From: a virus
DNA: 64,000 nt
Virus record (IMG/VR): IMGVR_UViG_3300010370_000027
Strand: one strand, 5' to 3'
The notes beneath the pieces are model-generated. The model did no database searches. It was not told the DNA's origin and worked only from the letters and a program-made list of their open reading frames with translations. The stretch's first letter is position 1. Each line of letters opens with the position of its first letter. The translations under genes and the position numbers were made by a program. This document shows, in pieces, positions 19,456 to 28,957 of the stretch.

Positions 19456-19923
19456 TTACACCTTCAGTCTTTCGAACACTGCGTCGATCGATGGATTTCC
19501 TGCATCATCAAATAGATTGAAGCGGACAACTTCGGTCACATTGTCGTCTTTGTAAAAAATCATCTGGTTGTTGACGATCTTCCATCTTCCGAACTGAACG
19601 TCATAAATGCCCTGTATCCTCTCGTCCATTCCAGTGACAACGTTATAGAGGTCATCAAGCTTTGCGATACCGTTTAAATCTTCTGATGCGTAAGAAACAG
19701 AACTAAAGAAAGTACCAGTATCCCAAACTACTTGTCCGACAAAATCATTTGAAAAGGTTATTACTGCTGCATATATGCCCGGTGCTGTTTGATGTACGCC
19801 GTCTGTTGTCCTAGCAGTGACAACACTGCCTGTTTGGTCGAGCACTTTATATCCGACGCCATTGACGCCGACGGCGTCGGCCTTCAGTTTACCGAAATTA
19901 ACACTTAAAAGCTTTTGAGGCAT
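19456..19923 (-). CDS. Hypothetical virion-associated protein
   Basis: Likely start MPQKLL at 19923, just after TATAAT. Confidence 0.5.
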   Translation of the reverse strand: MPQKLLSVNFGKLKADAVGVNGVGYKVLDQTGSVVTARTTDGVHQTAPGIYAAVITFSNDFVGQVVWDTGTFFSSVSYASEDLNGIAKLDDLYNVVTGMDERIQGIYDVQFGRWKIVNNQMIFYKDDNVTEVVRFNLFDDAGNPSIDAVFERLKV

Positions 19924-20011
19924 CTTTGAATTATAGGCAATTGGATTATCGAGTTCAAATAAATTAATGTGCACGAACTTTCGTACGTGCACAATTTACT
20001 GAAAGATTACG

Positions 20012-20203
20012 TCAAAATACAGGCTGTTCAGGAGATGCTTGCTGAGGAGCGGCTTCCTGCTTTGGCGGCTGAAAAACAGCTATTGCGTCTGCAACGAGTG
20101 CAGCCTGCTCAAGCGAAAAAGCTCCTCTCGACTGAGCAAGTCTTGCTGCCTCGACAAGTACGTTAAGTGCCCTATTTTGTCTCTCTACGATTTCATTTTC
20201 CAT
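20012..20203 (-). CDS. Small helical hypothetical protein
   Basis: 63 aa; AGGTGAG upstream. Confidence 0.5.
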   Translation of the reverse strand: MENEIVERQNRALNVLVEAARLAQSRGAFSLEQAALVADAIAVFQPPKQEAAPQQASPEQPVF

Positions 20204-20298
20204 GTTATCTCACCTGTGCAATTGTATGCACTACAAATTTAAACACTTGACATTACGTTGTAAATGGGCACAAAATGAGAGTTACTATATTTAGTGAT

Positions 20299-20376
20299 CA
20301 TGTCTACAACAGAAGTTTGTCAGACAGCGAGATTTTACAGAATTTTAACGCTACAAAGAAGAGATACGGAATCTAA
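20299..20376 (+). pseudogene. 3' remnant of a deleted LamG-domain gene
   Basis: Reads HVYNRSLSDSEILQNFNATKKRYGI*, homologous to the C-termini of the two following LamG proteins; its TAA overlaps the ATG at 20376. Confidence 0.75.
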
Positions 20377-21101
20377 TGACCATTCAGATCGGAAGAAAAC
20401 TAAGTTTGCCTGCAGGATATTCTCTTCTGCTCGATCCCGCGATACCTGAGAGCTATACGGGCGGATCAGTGTGGACAGACCTCTCTTCACGATCAAACAG
20501 CGCAAGCTTAGCAAATACACCGACTTTCTCTCGCAACTCATTCGGGGCAGGTCAGATCAATTTTAACGGAACAAACCAATACGGAGCGCTGTCTGAGCTG
20601 GGTCTCAGTAGAAGTTTCACAATATCTACGTGGGTTAAGAAGAACGATACTTCTAGCACGGGATGGATGGTGGGTAGCGGCTGGGTAGCAACAACAGAGG
20701 GAGCAGGTCTTGGAGTCGGTTTTGGTGTTCAGGGATCAACGCTTACTCTAACTACGTGGGGGAATCCTGGTTACGTGACGTGGAGCGGAATCGAACCTAA
20801 CAAGTGGTATCACTTGTGCGCAGTTCAAAACGCAGGATCAGACTATAACGTAGGACCTTGGACCGCAAAGGTATTTGTGAATGGAAATCAAGTGACGTCT
20901 GGCAGTTTCTTCAACTATCACTACTACACGACGGGCGGGGCGGCTACGTCTTACATCGGCAGAAATTCACACAGTTCGATAGACTCTTACAACTATTTCG
21001 GAGGAGCTATGGGTCAGGTATTGATATATAATTCGATCGCTCTCTCAGACGCTCAAATTGTCGAAGTATTCAGTCAGACTCGTGGAAGGTACGGGGTATA
21101 A
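20376..21101 (+). CDS. LamG/concanavalin A-like domain protein
   Basis: LD...SY.G..WTDLS; FNGTNQY; FTISTWVK; KWYHL; FVNG; IYN..LSD.QI. Confidence 0.8.
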   Translation: MTIQIGRKLSLPAGYSLLLDPAIPESYTGGSVWTDLSSRSNSASLANTPTFSRNSFGAGQINFNGTNQYGALSELGLSRSFTISTWVKKNDTSSTGWMVGSGWVATTEGAGLGVGFGVQGSTLTLTTWGNPGYVTWSGIEPNKWYHLCAVQNAGSDYNVGPWTAKVFVNGNQVTSGSFFNYHYYTTGGAATSYIGRNSHSSIDSYNYFGGAMGQVLIYNSIALSDAQIVEVFSQTRGRYGV

Positions 21102-21102
21102 A

Positions 21103-21807
21103 ATGTCTATAGTGATAAAAAATCCAATCATCATAAATGGATCAACGAGAGTAGGTCCAGGACAAAATTCATCACCGATTGTGACAACAAACCTTATCAT
21201 GTATTATGATTTCGGGGATACGAGCAGCTATGCAGGTAGCGGCACTACAGTAACTGATCTCAGCGGCAACGGTTTGAATGCAACATTGATCAACACCCCC
21301 ACTTATGCTTCTGCAAATGGTGGCTACATGAACTTCTCGGGAACTTCTTATGCAAAAGTTGGGCCTAATGCACTCATAGGTTCAATAGGAACAGGAGATT
21401 TCTCAATAGATCTCTGGATATATCTTCCGAATGCTTCGGGATACGGCCACATCTACAGCATCGATTCACAAGGAGGCTATTTCTTAAAACATTCCAACGG
21501 AAATGTTTACGATGGTGCCAGTCAAGCGGGCAGTGGCGGTGGCGGTGTGATCGGTAGTGGCGCATGGAAACATCTTGTGGTTTCTAGAATATCAGGTACG
21601 GCAAGATATTACGTGAACAACGTTCAGGCTGCCTCGAGAGCGCACGGATTTAATATAAACGCAACAACACTTTACATTAGAAGCGATGGAGGAATGGGAG
21701 AGTGGGTTACGGCACACATTGCCCTTCCAAAGCTCTACAAGAAGGGCCTTACTGTGGCGGAAATTACTCAAAACTTCAACGCGCACAAGAGCAGATTCGG
21801 CCTGTAG
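21103..21807 (+). CDS. LamG/concanavalin A-like domain protein with 18-aa N-terminal tag
   Basis: True start MSIVIKNPIIINGSTRVG; YYDFG..SSYAGSGTTVTDLSGNG; WKHLVVSR; EITQNFNAHKSRFGL. Confidence 0.8.
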   Translation: MSIVIKNPIIINGSTRVGPGQNSSPIVTTNLIMYYDFGDTSSYAGSGTTVTDLSGNGLNATLINTPTYASANGGYMNFSGTSYAKVGPNALIGSIGTGDFSIDLWIYLPNASGYGHIYSIDSQGGYFLKHSNGNVYDGASQAGSGGGGVIGSGAWKHLVVSRISGTARYYVNNVQAASRAHGFNINATTLYIRSDGGMGEWVTAHIALPKLYKKGLTVAEITQNFNAHKSRFGL

Positions 21808-21873
21808 TAACAAATTAGAAAATCTATTTGGAATTAAGTAATTCTTGATCTATCCGCCATATAATTGTAAAAG

Positions 21874-22569
21874 ATGTTCACTCGAGTTTCTCTCAGCGGC
21901 TGCGGCTGGAAGGTGTTCTGGTACTACGGAGTGGTACAGAAGCTTGCAGAACATCGCCTCGTCGATCTGGAGAAAGTGGAGTGGATAACGGCGTCGGGCG
22001 GCGGCGGTGCTGCAATTCACTTTTTATCGGGATACGATGGATATGAGGGTTTTAAGCGTGCAGTTAGGATCGCCAACCTCGTCAAGGCGGACAGAGCCCA
22101 CAGGACTGTGACGGTGGCCGTGGATCAAATGGAGAAAGAAGCTCCAGATGACATTCACACGACGGGAAGACTTGTCATCTGCTATACGAAAGTATCTCTG
22201 TGGCCTTTCTACATGAGATATGAAATGATGGATGAGTTCCTCACGAAGAAGGACATGTTCGACGCGTTGAGGGCGAGCACTTCGATACCCGTGCTCAACG
22301 ATGTTCTACGATTTAAAAACAGGCACTTGCACGTGGACGCAGGTCTCCTGTGCAATCAGCCTGCGAGACACCATAATACTCTGCGAATATCTGCGTGGCC
22401 GCTTTCTTTCGGGTCCGACATTAAACCGCAGCCCAGCGCGTTGTTTGAAAATTACACAATATCTGTTCCGCCAGAAGAGGTGGCTGAAAAGATGTTCAAT
22501 GAAGGTCTCAAAGACGGAGAAAAATTCTGTCTAAAATACAAGAAAACCAGAGAAGTCGCTTCAAGATAG
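21874..22569 (+). CDS. Patatin-like phospholipase
   Basis: SLSGCG oxyanion loop, TASGG nucleophile elbow, ALRASTSIP and VDAG catalytic Asp in the expected order. Confidence 0.7.
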   Translation: MFTRVSLSGCGWKVFWYYGVVQKLAEHRLVDLEKVEWITASGGGGAAIHFLSGYDGYEGFKRAVRIANLVKADRAHRTVTVAVDQMEKEAPDDIHTTGRLVICYTKVSLWPFYMRYEMMDEFLTKKDMFDALRASTSIPVLNDVLRFKNRHLHVDAGLLCNQPARHHNTLRISAWPLSFGSDIKPQPSALFENYTISVPPEEVAEKMFNEGLKDGEKFCLKYKKTREVASR

Positions 22570-23565
22570 CGCAACTTGCTTCCAGCTTCCATTGTAGATA
22601 TAAAATCTGTTGTTGGAAGAATCGTAATACATTGGCACTCTTCCTGAGATTGTCGACGGAACGGCTGTTGGCGGTCCAGCGGCAGCAGGTATGTAGAAAA
22701 ATCCGTTTGACATTCCCGTTGAACCCTCAGAAGTATAGGTGTTTCCGTTCGAATTCACAGAGAACAAAGACGTACCGCTTGAGTTCTGTATAGAAAGATG
22801 GTCCCCCGTAGCAGTGGGAGAGCCTGACCTATAGACGATTCCTGAGTCCGTTGAAGTCGAGGATCCTGTAATATAAAGCCTGGCTGTGTTTGCAACGAAT
22901 CCAAGACTTCCTCCGGCAAGTATGTTTCCGCTAGCGTCAATCGTTAAACGAGTTGTGCCATCTCCACCATAGAAGTTGTGTTGCAGAGACGTGTATGTGT
23001 TCGTTGCAACTCCAAAGACATTGGGAGCGCCTATTTGAATTCCATGAGAAGATCCACCGTAATTGCTTGTAACATGCAAAACTGCTAAGGGATTTTTAGT
23101 TCCAATTCCAACTCTTCCACCTAACGTTCCAAGAGTGCCGGTAACAAAAAAAATGGAAGTTCCTGCAGAATTCTGTACGTCTAAAAGACCTGCTCCGCCC
23201 GTAGGAGAAACCACGCCACCTTTTATGGTCATCGTAGGTATAGACGCTGAAGACGACCCAGAAACAGTCAACAGAGAAGTCGTTGATGTCGTGCCTATCG
23301 CTGTTGAGCCTAACAGAAGAGAAGTCGCTTTTACCTGCAGCGTATCTTCGTTCGTGTTATCGCCTAAAAAGCTCGAGCCCGACGTGACCAAGCTTCCTGA
23401 AACTACCATGGTTCCAGCGAAGACTGCTCTCGCCGAGCTCGAGCCCGAGACGAAGAACGTGGTATCGGAGCCGGGTATCTGTGGATTTTGAAAGACAATA
23501 CTTCCAGATATACCGATCACGGAATTGCTTCCGTATCCAGAAATATTACTTGTTATTATCGGCAC
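22561..23565 (-). CDS. Fibre-like structural protein
   Basis: GRVGIGT repeats, SGS/TGS-rich; C-terminal MYYDSSNNRFYIYNGSW; N-terminus similar to the 1760-aa fibre. Confidence 0.6.
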   Translation of the reverse strand: MPIITSNISGYGSNSVIGISGSIVFQNPQIPGSDTTFFVSGSSSARAVFAGTMVVSGSLVTSGSSFLGDNTNEDTLQVKATSLLLGSTAIGTTSTTSLLTVSGSSSASIPTMTIKGGVVSPTGGAGLLDVQNSAGTSIFFVTGTLGTLGGRVGIGTKNPLAVLHVTSNYGGSSHGIQIGAPNVFGVATNTYTSLQHNFYGGDGTTRLTIDASGNILAGGSLGFVANTARLYITGSSTSTDSGIVYRSGSPTATGDHLSIQNSSGTSLFSVNSNGNTYTSEGSTGMSNGFFYIPAAAGPPTAVPSTISGRVPMYYDSSNNRFYIYNGSWKQVALS

Positions 23566-23601
23566 AGATTACCCAGCTCCTTTTACCTGATTATACGTTC
23601 T

Positions 23602-26600
23602 TTAGACGCTTGGTTTAGGACCGTTGGAGAAGTTTCCAATTTCCTCATCAAGCTCTGGTACTGCCTCAAGCATGAACTTGTAGCGCTTACCTGTCTTGTT
23701 GAAGCGGATCGTAAGGAAGTCCTCTTCTTCGATTAAGGTATAGTCACCGCGTTCGTTCTTGAGATGCAAGTCACCGGTGTAGATGTTTGCCCATCTGTTC
23801 GTTGATGAACCTAGCGAGTAGGTTACATCCGCGGACGGAAGGATGTTCGAATTCACTCGAGATGTGAACGTTACTGTGTCGGAACTTGCGTCGCCGAGCG
23901 TGACGTTACCGTTGAATCCGGCTGAACCTGTGACACCGAAGACGCCGCCAACCTGAGAGTTGCCTGCGAATGTCGTGGTTACGCTTGCGCCAGCGAAGGT
24001 CGTTGTGCCGTTGACTGTGACTGTGTCAGCAGATGCGTCACCGAGGGTGACGTTGCCGTTGAATCCAGCCGAGCCGGTGACACCGAGGACGCCACCAACC
24101 TGCGAGTTGCCTGCGAAGGTTGTTGTGACGCTCGATCCTGCGAAGGTCGTCGTACCGTTGACCGTGACAGTGTCAGAGGAAGCATCGCCGAGTGTGGTGT
24201 TGCCATTGACCGTTGCATTTCCAGCGAAGGTCGTTGTAACGGATGCACCAGCGAATGTTGTCGTACCGTTGACTGTGACTGTGTCAGCAGATGCGTCACC
24301 GAGGGTGACGTTGCCGTTGAAGCCAGCAGATCCCGTAACGCCAAGAGCGCCTCCAACCTGTGAGTTACCTGCAAAGGTCGTCGTGACTCCAGAACCCGCG
24401 AAGGTTGTGGTGCCGTTGACTGTCACAGTGTCGGCCGAAGCATCTCCAACCGTGACGTTACCGTTGAGGGTTGCCGCACCTGTAACAGTGAGACCGCCGC
24501 CAACTGTGGCATTGTCAGATGTTGAGAGACGATAGAACGAACCAGTGACGCCTGTGAGGGTGTCGGTCGTCTTGTTGTAGGTGAGACCGGAGTCAGCACC
24601 GAACGCGCCACCATCGTTGAACTGGATCTGTGTGTCGACACCGGCGACGAGTGCTGCCGCGTTCATCGAGGCTGCAATCGTAACCGATCCGTTAGATCCT
24701 GTTGTGATGGTAACGTTGTTACCTGCGACGAAGGCAGAGGAACCGTCGGTAAGTTTCGTGAGCGAGCCACTGAGGCCTGCGTTGAACTTGACCGCACCTG
24801 TGAAGGTGGTTCCGCTGACTGTTGCAACGACACCGTCATTGATTGCAAGTGAAACAGATCCCGAAGATCCGCCGCCAGTGAGACCGTTTCCAGCCGTGAC
24901 GTCGGTTATGTCAGCTTGTGTGCTGATTGTTACGGAACCATTTGATCCAGTAACGATCGAGATGTTGCTGCCTGCGATGAGGTAAGAAGAACCGTCAGAG
25001 AGCTTGGTGAGTGAACCACTGAGCCCCTGGTTGAAGGTTGCTCTGCCGTTGACCGTGATGATGTCAGCAGCTGCATCACCGAGGGTGACGTTGCCGTTGA
25101 AGCCGGCCGATCCAGTGACGCCAAGGACGCCGCCGACCTGTGAGTTTCCAGCGAAGGTGGTTGTAACACCTGCACCAGCGAAGGTCGTTGTGCCGTTGAC
25201 TGTGACTGTGTCGGAAGATGCATCACCGAGGGTGACGTTGCCGTTGAAGCCGGCCGATCCAGTGACGCCGAGTGTTCCTCCAACCTGTGAGTTACCTGCA
25301 AAGGTTGTTGTGACTGAAGAGCCGGCGAAGGTTGTCGTACCGTTGACCGTGACTGTGTCAGCGGCTGCGTCACCGAGCGTAGCGCTTCCGTTAACAGCAA
25401 GGCTGTTGTTGACTGTGGTTGTTCCTGTCGAAGCGCCGAGAGCTATAGCTGTTGCAGCGCCGCCGAGGTTGAGTGTCGTGACAGTCGAGTTGAGGAGGTT
25501 GAACGTCGTTGCCGACGATGTCATGTCTCCACCGTTAACTGCTACGTCACCGGCGATTGTCAGGGTGTCAGTTGTCTTGTTGTAGGTGAGACCAGAATCG
25601 CCTCCGAAGGCTCCTCCATCGTTGAACTGGATCTGTGTGTCAGCTCCGCCGACGAGAGATCCTGCGTTCATTGATGCAGAGATTGTGATCGCACCGTTCG
25701 AACCAGTCGTGACCGAAACGTTGTTTCCTGCTATGAAGGCGCTGGTTCCGTCTGTGAGCTTCGTGAGAGAGCCACTGAGACCTGCGTTGAACTTCACAGC
25801 TCCGGTAAACGTAGTACCACTGACCGTTGCAACAACACCGTCGTTAATTCCGAGAGTAAGATCCCCAGATGTGCCACCGCCCGTGAGACCGGTTCCGGCA
25901 GAAACGCTTGTGATGTCTGCTTGCGTGCTGATTGTTACTGATCCGTTGGATCCTGTAACGATCGAGATGTTGTTACCAGCAACGAGATAGCTGCTTCCAT
26001 CAGAGAGCTTGGTGAGTGAACCACTGAGCCCCTGGTTGAAGGTTGCAGAACCGTTTACTGTGACCGTGTCTGAAGAAGCGTCTCCGAGGATTGTGCTTCC
26101 GCTGACTGTGAGGCTGTTCTTGACTGTTGTCGTACCAGAGGTAGCGCCAAGAGTCATTGCTGTTGCAGCTCCACCAACATTGAGCGTTGTAACAGTCGAG
26201 TTGAGGAGGTTGAACGTCGTTGCCGACGATGTCATGTCTCCACCGTTAACTGCTACGTCGCCAGCGAACGTTGTTGTAACACCTGCGCCTGCAAAGGTCG
26301 TCGTACCGTTGACAGTGACTGTGTCAGCGGATGCGTCACCGAGAGTGACGTTGCCGTTGAATCCAGCTGAACCAGTGACGCCGAGGACGCCTCCAACTTG
26401 GGAGTTGCCTGCGAAGGTGGTTGTAACACCAGAACCGGCAAATGTTGTCGTTCCGTTGACCGTGACAGTATCGGAAGACGCATCGCCAAGAGTTGTGTTA
26501 CCGTTGACCGTTGCATTTCCAGCGAAGGTTGTGGTGACTGCTGCTCCAGCGAAGGTCGTCGTGCCGTTGACTGTCACTGTATCAGCAGATGCATCACCGA

Positions 26601-28884
26601 CTGTAACGTTTCCGTTCAATGTAGAAGCACCTGTAACGGTAAGGCCGCCGCCAACAGTTGAGTTACCTGAAGTGCTGAGGCTAAAGAACGATCCTGTCAC
26701 ACCCGTGAGGGTGTCGGTCGTCTTGTTGTAGGTGAGACCTGAATCTCCGCCGAACGAACCAGCATCGTTGAACTGTAGCTGTGTGTCTGAACCGCCAACG
26801 AGAGAACCGGCGTTCATTGAGGCTGCAATCGTAACTGCGCCCGAAGATCCAGTTGTGATCGTAACGTTTGCTCCTGCAATGAATGCGCTTGTTCCGTCAG
26901 TCAACTTGGTGTGAGAGCCGCTGAGGCCAGTGTTCGAAACGAGGAACACAGAAGATCCCGCACTGTTCTGAACATCAACAAGAGCACCTGTCTGTCCTGC
27001 AACACCCGCCTTGACGAGGAGGACCTTGTCAGAAGATGTTGAAGATCCAGAGACAAGAAGCTCTGTCGTGTTGGTTGGTGTGGTTCCAACTGCAACTCTT
27101 GATCCCGAAACAACGAGTGCATTGGCTCCATAGGCGCCAGCGATGACCCTGTTGTCAGAAGTAACTTCAAGAATTGGAAGTCCTGAAGCGTTGTTGACCG
27201 AGAGGAGAGATCCCGACATGCTGTCTGAGACAGAGAAGAGAGATCCTGATGAACCTACAACCTCAAGCTTTCCTGAAGGCTGCGTGGTTCCGATTCCGAG
27301 GCTTCCGCTGGCATTGTGCCAGAAGAGTCCGTTGGTACCGCTTAGTACGCCGCCCGTTCCAGCAAGAACGACTTGTCCTGCCGAGACGTTGCTGCTTGTT
27401 AGAGAACCGCTGATGTTTGCAACCTTGAGAAGGTTTGAGGCCTTCGTGAAGGTGAAGTTTGCATTTCCACCAAAGACGCTGCCGTCATTGAACTGAACCT
27501 GCGTGTCAGCTCCGCCAGCGTTTGCTGTAACAGTGATAGCACCGTTAGAGCCTGTGGTGACCGACATGTTGGTTCCAGCGATGATGTAGCTGGTTCCATC
27601 AGCGAGTTTCGTGTGAGAGCCGCTGATACCTGCATTTACCTTGACAGCACCCGTGAAGGTTGCGCCGCTGATTGTTGCAACAACTCCGTCGTTGATCGCA
27701 AGAGTAAGGCTGCCTGAGTTTCCGCCACCTGTGAGACCAGTTCCTGCAGTAATGTCAGTTATGTCTGCCTGAGTACTGATTGTGACAGCTCCGTTAGAGC
27801 CAGTTGCGATGGAGATGTTGTTACCTGCGATGAGGTAGCTTGTTCCGTCAGCGAGTTTCGTGAGAGAGCCGCTGAGACCCTGGTTGAAGGTTGCGCGACC
27901 ATTGACGGTAACCGTGTCAGCGGCTGCGTCACCGAGGGTGACGTTTCCGTTGAATGCAGCGGAACCTGTGACACCGAGAACTCCGCCAACCTGTGCATTA
28001 CCTGCAAAAGTTGTTGTAACTCCCGAGCCAACAAACGTTGTCGTACCGTTGACAGTGACTGTGTCTGACGAAGCGTCGCCGAGGGTGGTGTTACCGTTAA
28101 CTGCTGCATTACCAGCAAATGTTGTCGTAACTGATGTACCCGCGAACGTCGTTGTGCCGTTGACTGTGACTGTGTCAGCAGATGCGTCGCCGACTGTGAC
28201 GTTACCGTTGAGTGTAGAAGCTCCGGTAACCGTGAGTCCTCCACCAATTGTAGCATTGTCGGACGTGGAAACACGATAGAAAGATCCTGTCACGCCTGTG
28301 AGTGTGTCAGTTGTCTTGTTGTATGTGAGTCCAGCGTCACCGCCGAATGCGCTTCCACCGTCATTGAACTGGATCTGTGTGTCAGCTCCAGCAACGAGTG
28401 TGGATGCGTTCATCGTGCCGGCGATGGTGATCGAACCATTCGATCCTGTCGTGACGACGATGTTAGATCCTGCAACGAGGTAGCTCGAACCGTCCGTGAG
28501 CTTCGTAAGAGAACCGCTGAGACCGCCTGTCGCTGTGAGAGCTCCAACTGTCTGCAGTGTTCCTTGGACTACAGTGTTGCCTGTCGAAGAGGCAACAGTG
28601 AACTTGCTGTTACCTGAAGAGTCGCTAACAGTGACTCCTGTCGAACCTGCGTTGAACTGTGTGACTCCGCTTCCGTTCTTGAGTGAAACGCTTCCGGAAC
28701 CCACAATTGAGCCGCCGAAGAGTGTGTAGTCTCTGGTGGACGATCCAGAGACGAAGAACGTAACGTCACTCGGGATTGTCGGGAACAGGTTGTCCGGTCT
28801 GTTCGCGATCACTACTGATCCAGTAATTCCTACGGCGGAATTAGACTGAATACTGCCTGATATGCTACTTAATACTAACGCCAT
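23602..28884 (-). CDS. Long repeat-rich tail fibre protein (1760 aa)
   Basis: 37- and 49-aa beta repeats and SGSLTKLxDGxSYL modules; C-terminal DLHLKNERGDYTLIEE...KTGKRYKF domain of T4-like fibres. Confidence 0.75.
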   Translation of the reverse strand: MALVLSSISGSIQSNSAVGITGSVVIANRPDNLFPTIPSDVTFFVSGSSTRDYTLFGGSIVGSGSVSLKNGSGVTQFNAGSTGVTVSDSSGNSKFTVASSTGNTVVQGTLQTVGALTATGGLSGSLTKLTDGSSYLVAGSNIVVTTGSNGSITIAGTMNASTLVAGADTQIQFNDGGSAFGGDAGLTYNKTTDTLTGVTGSFYRVSTSDNATIGGGLTVTGASTLNGNVTVGDASADTVTVNGTTTFAGTSVTTTFAGNAAVNGNTTLGDASSDTVTVNGTTTFVGSGVTTTFAGNAQVGGVLGVTGSAAFNGNVTLGDAAADTVTVNGRATFNQGLSGSLTKLADGTSYLIAGNNISIATGSNGAVTISTQADITDITAGTGLTGGGNSGSLTLAINDGVVATISGATFTGAVKVNAGISGSHTKLADGTSYIIAGTNMSVTTGSNGAITVTANAGGADTQVQFNDGSVFGGNANFTFTKASNLLKVANISGSLTSSNVSAGQVVLAGTGGVLSGTNGLFWHNASGSLGIGTTQPSGKLEVVGSSGSLFSVSDSMSGSLLSVNNASGLPILEVTSDNRVIAGAYGANALVVSGSRVAVGTTPTNTTELLVSGSSTSSDKVLLVKAGVAGQTGALVDVQNSAGSSVFLVSNTGLSGSHTKLTDGTSAFIAGANVTITTGSSGAVTIAASMNAGSLVGGSDTQLQFNDAGSFGGDSGLTYNKTTDTLTGVTGSFFSLSTSGNSTVGGGLTVTGASTLNGNVTVGDASADTVTVNGTTTFAGAAVTTTFAGNATVNGNTTLGDASSDTVTVNGTTTFAGSGVTTTFAGNSQVGGVLGVTGSAGFNGNVTLGDASADTVTVNGTTTFAGAGVTTTFAGDVAVNGGDMTSSATTFNLLNSTVTTLNVGGAATAMTLGATSGTTTVKNSLTVSGSTILGDASSDTVTVNGSATFNQGLSGSLTKLSDGSSYLVAGNNISIVTGSNGSVTISTQADITSVSAGTGLTGGGTSGDLTLGINDGVVATVSGTTFTGAVKFNAGLSGSLTKLTDGTSAFIAGNNVSVTTGSNGAITISASMNAGSLVGGADTQIQFNDGGAFGGDSGLTYNKTTDTLTIAGDVAVNGGDMTSSATTFNLLNSTVTTLNLGGAATAIALGASTGTTTVNNSLAVNGSATLGDAAADTVTVNGTTTFAGSSVTTTFAGNSQVGGTLGVTGSAGFNGNVTLGDASSDTVTVNGTTTFAGAGVTTTFAGNSQVGGVLGVTGSAGFNGNVTLGDAAADIITVNGRATFNQGLSGSLTKLSDGSSYLIAGSNISIVTGSNGSVTISTQADITDVTAGNGLTGGGSSGSVSLAINDGVVATVSGTTFTGAVKFNAGLSGSLTKLTDGSSAFVAGNNVTITTGSNGSVTIAASMNAAALVAGVDTQIQFNDGGAFGADSGLTYNKTTDTLTGVTGSFYRLSTSDNATVGGGLTVTGAATLNGNVTVGDASADTVTVNGTTTFAGSGVTTTFAGNSQVGGALGVTGSAGFNGNVTLGDASADTVTVNGTTTFAGASVTTTFAGNATVNGNTTLGDASSDTVTVNGTTTFAGSSVTTTFAGNSQVGGVLGVTGSAGFNGNVTLGDASADTVTVNGTTTFAGASVTTTFAGNSQVGGVFGVTGSAGFNGNVTLGDASSDTVTFTSRVNSNILPSADVTYSLGSSTNRWANIYTGDLHLKNERGDYTLIEEEDFLTIRFNKTGKRYKFMLEAVPELDEEIGNFSNGPKPSV
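23870..28540 (-). repeat. Tandem coding repeats (147-nt and 111-nt units plus larger blocks) within the long fibre gene
   Basis: Identical ~50-nt stretches at 25072 and 25219 (147 nt apart) and ~68 nt identical at 25481 and 26192. Confidence 0.85.
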
Positions 28885-28957
28885 GATGCATTTCTCCTAG
28901 GAAAGAGGCTTGCGCTAATTATTAAGCATCGAGATGTTTGTGAATTTAAAGACGATC

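Noticed and set aside
23870-28540. CRISPR-like repeat array
   Set aside because: The repeats are in-frame coding units of a fibre protein with synonymous variation and no unique spacers.
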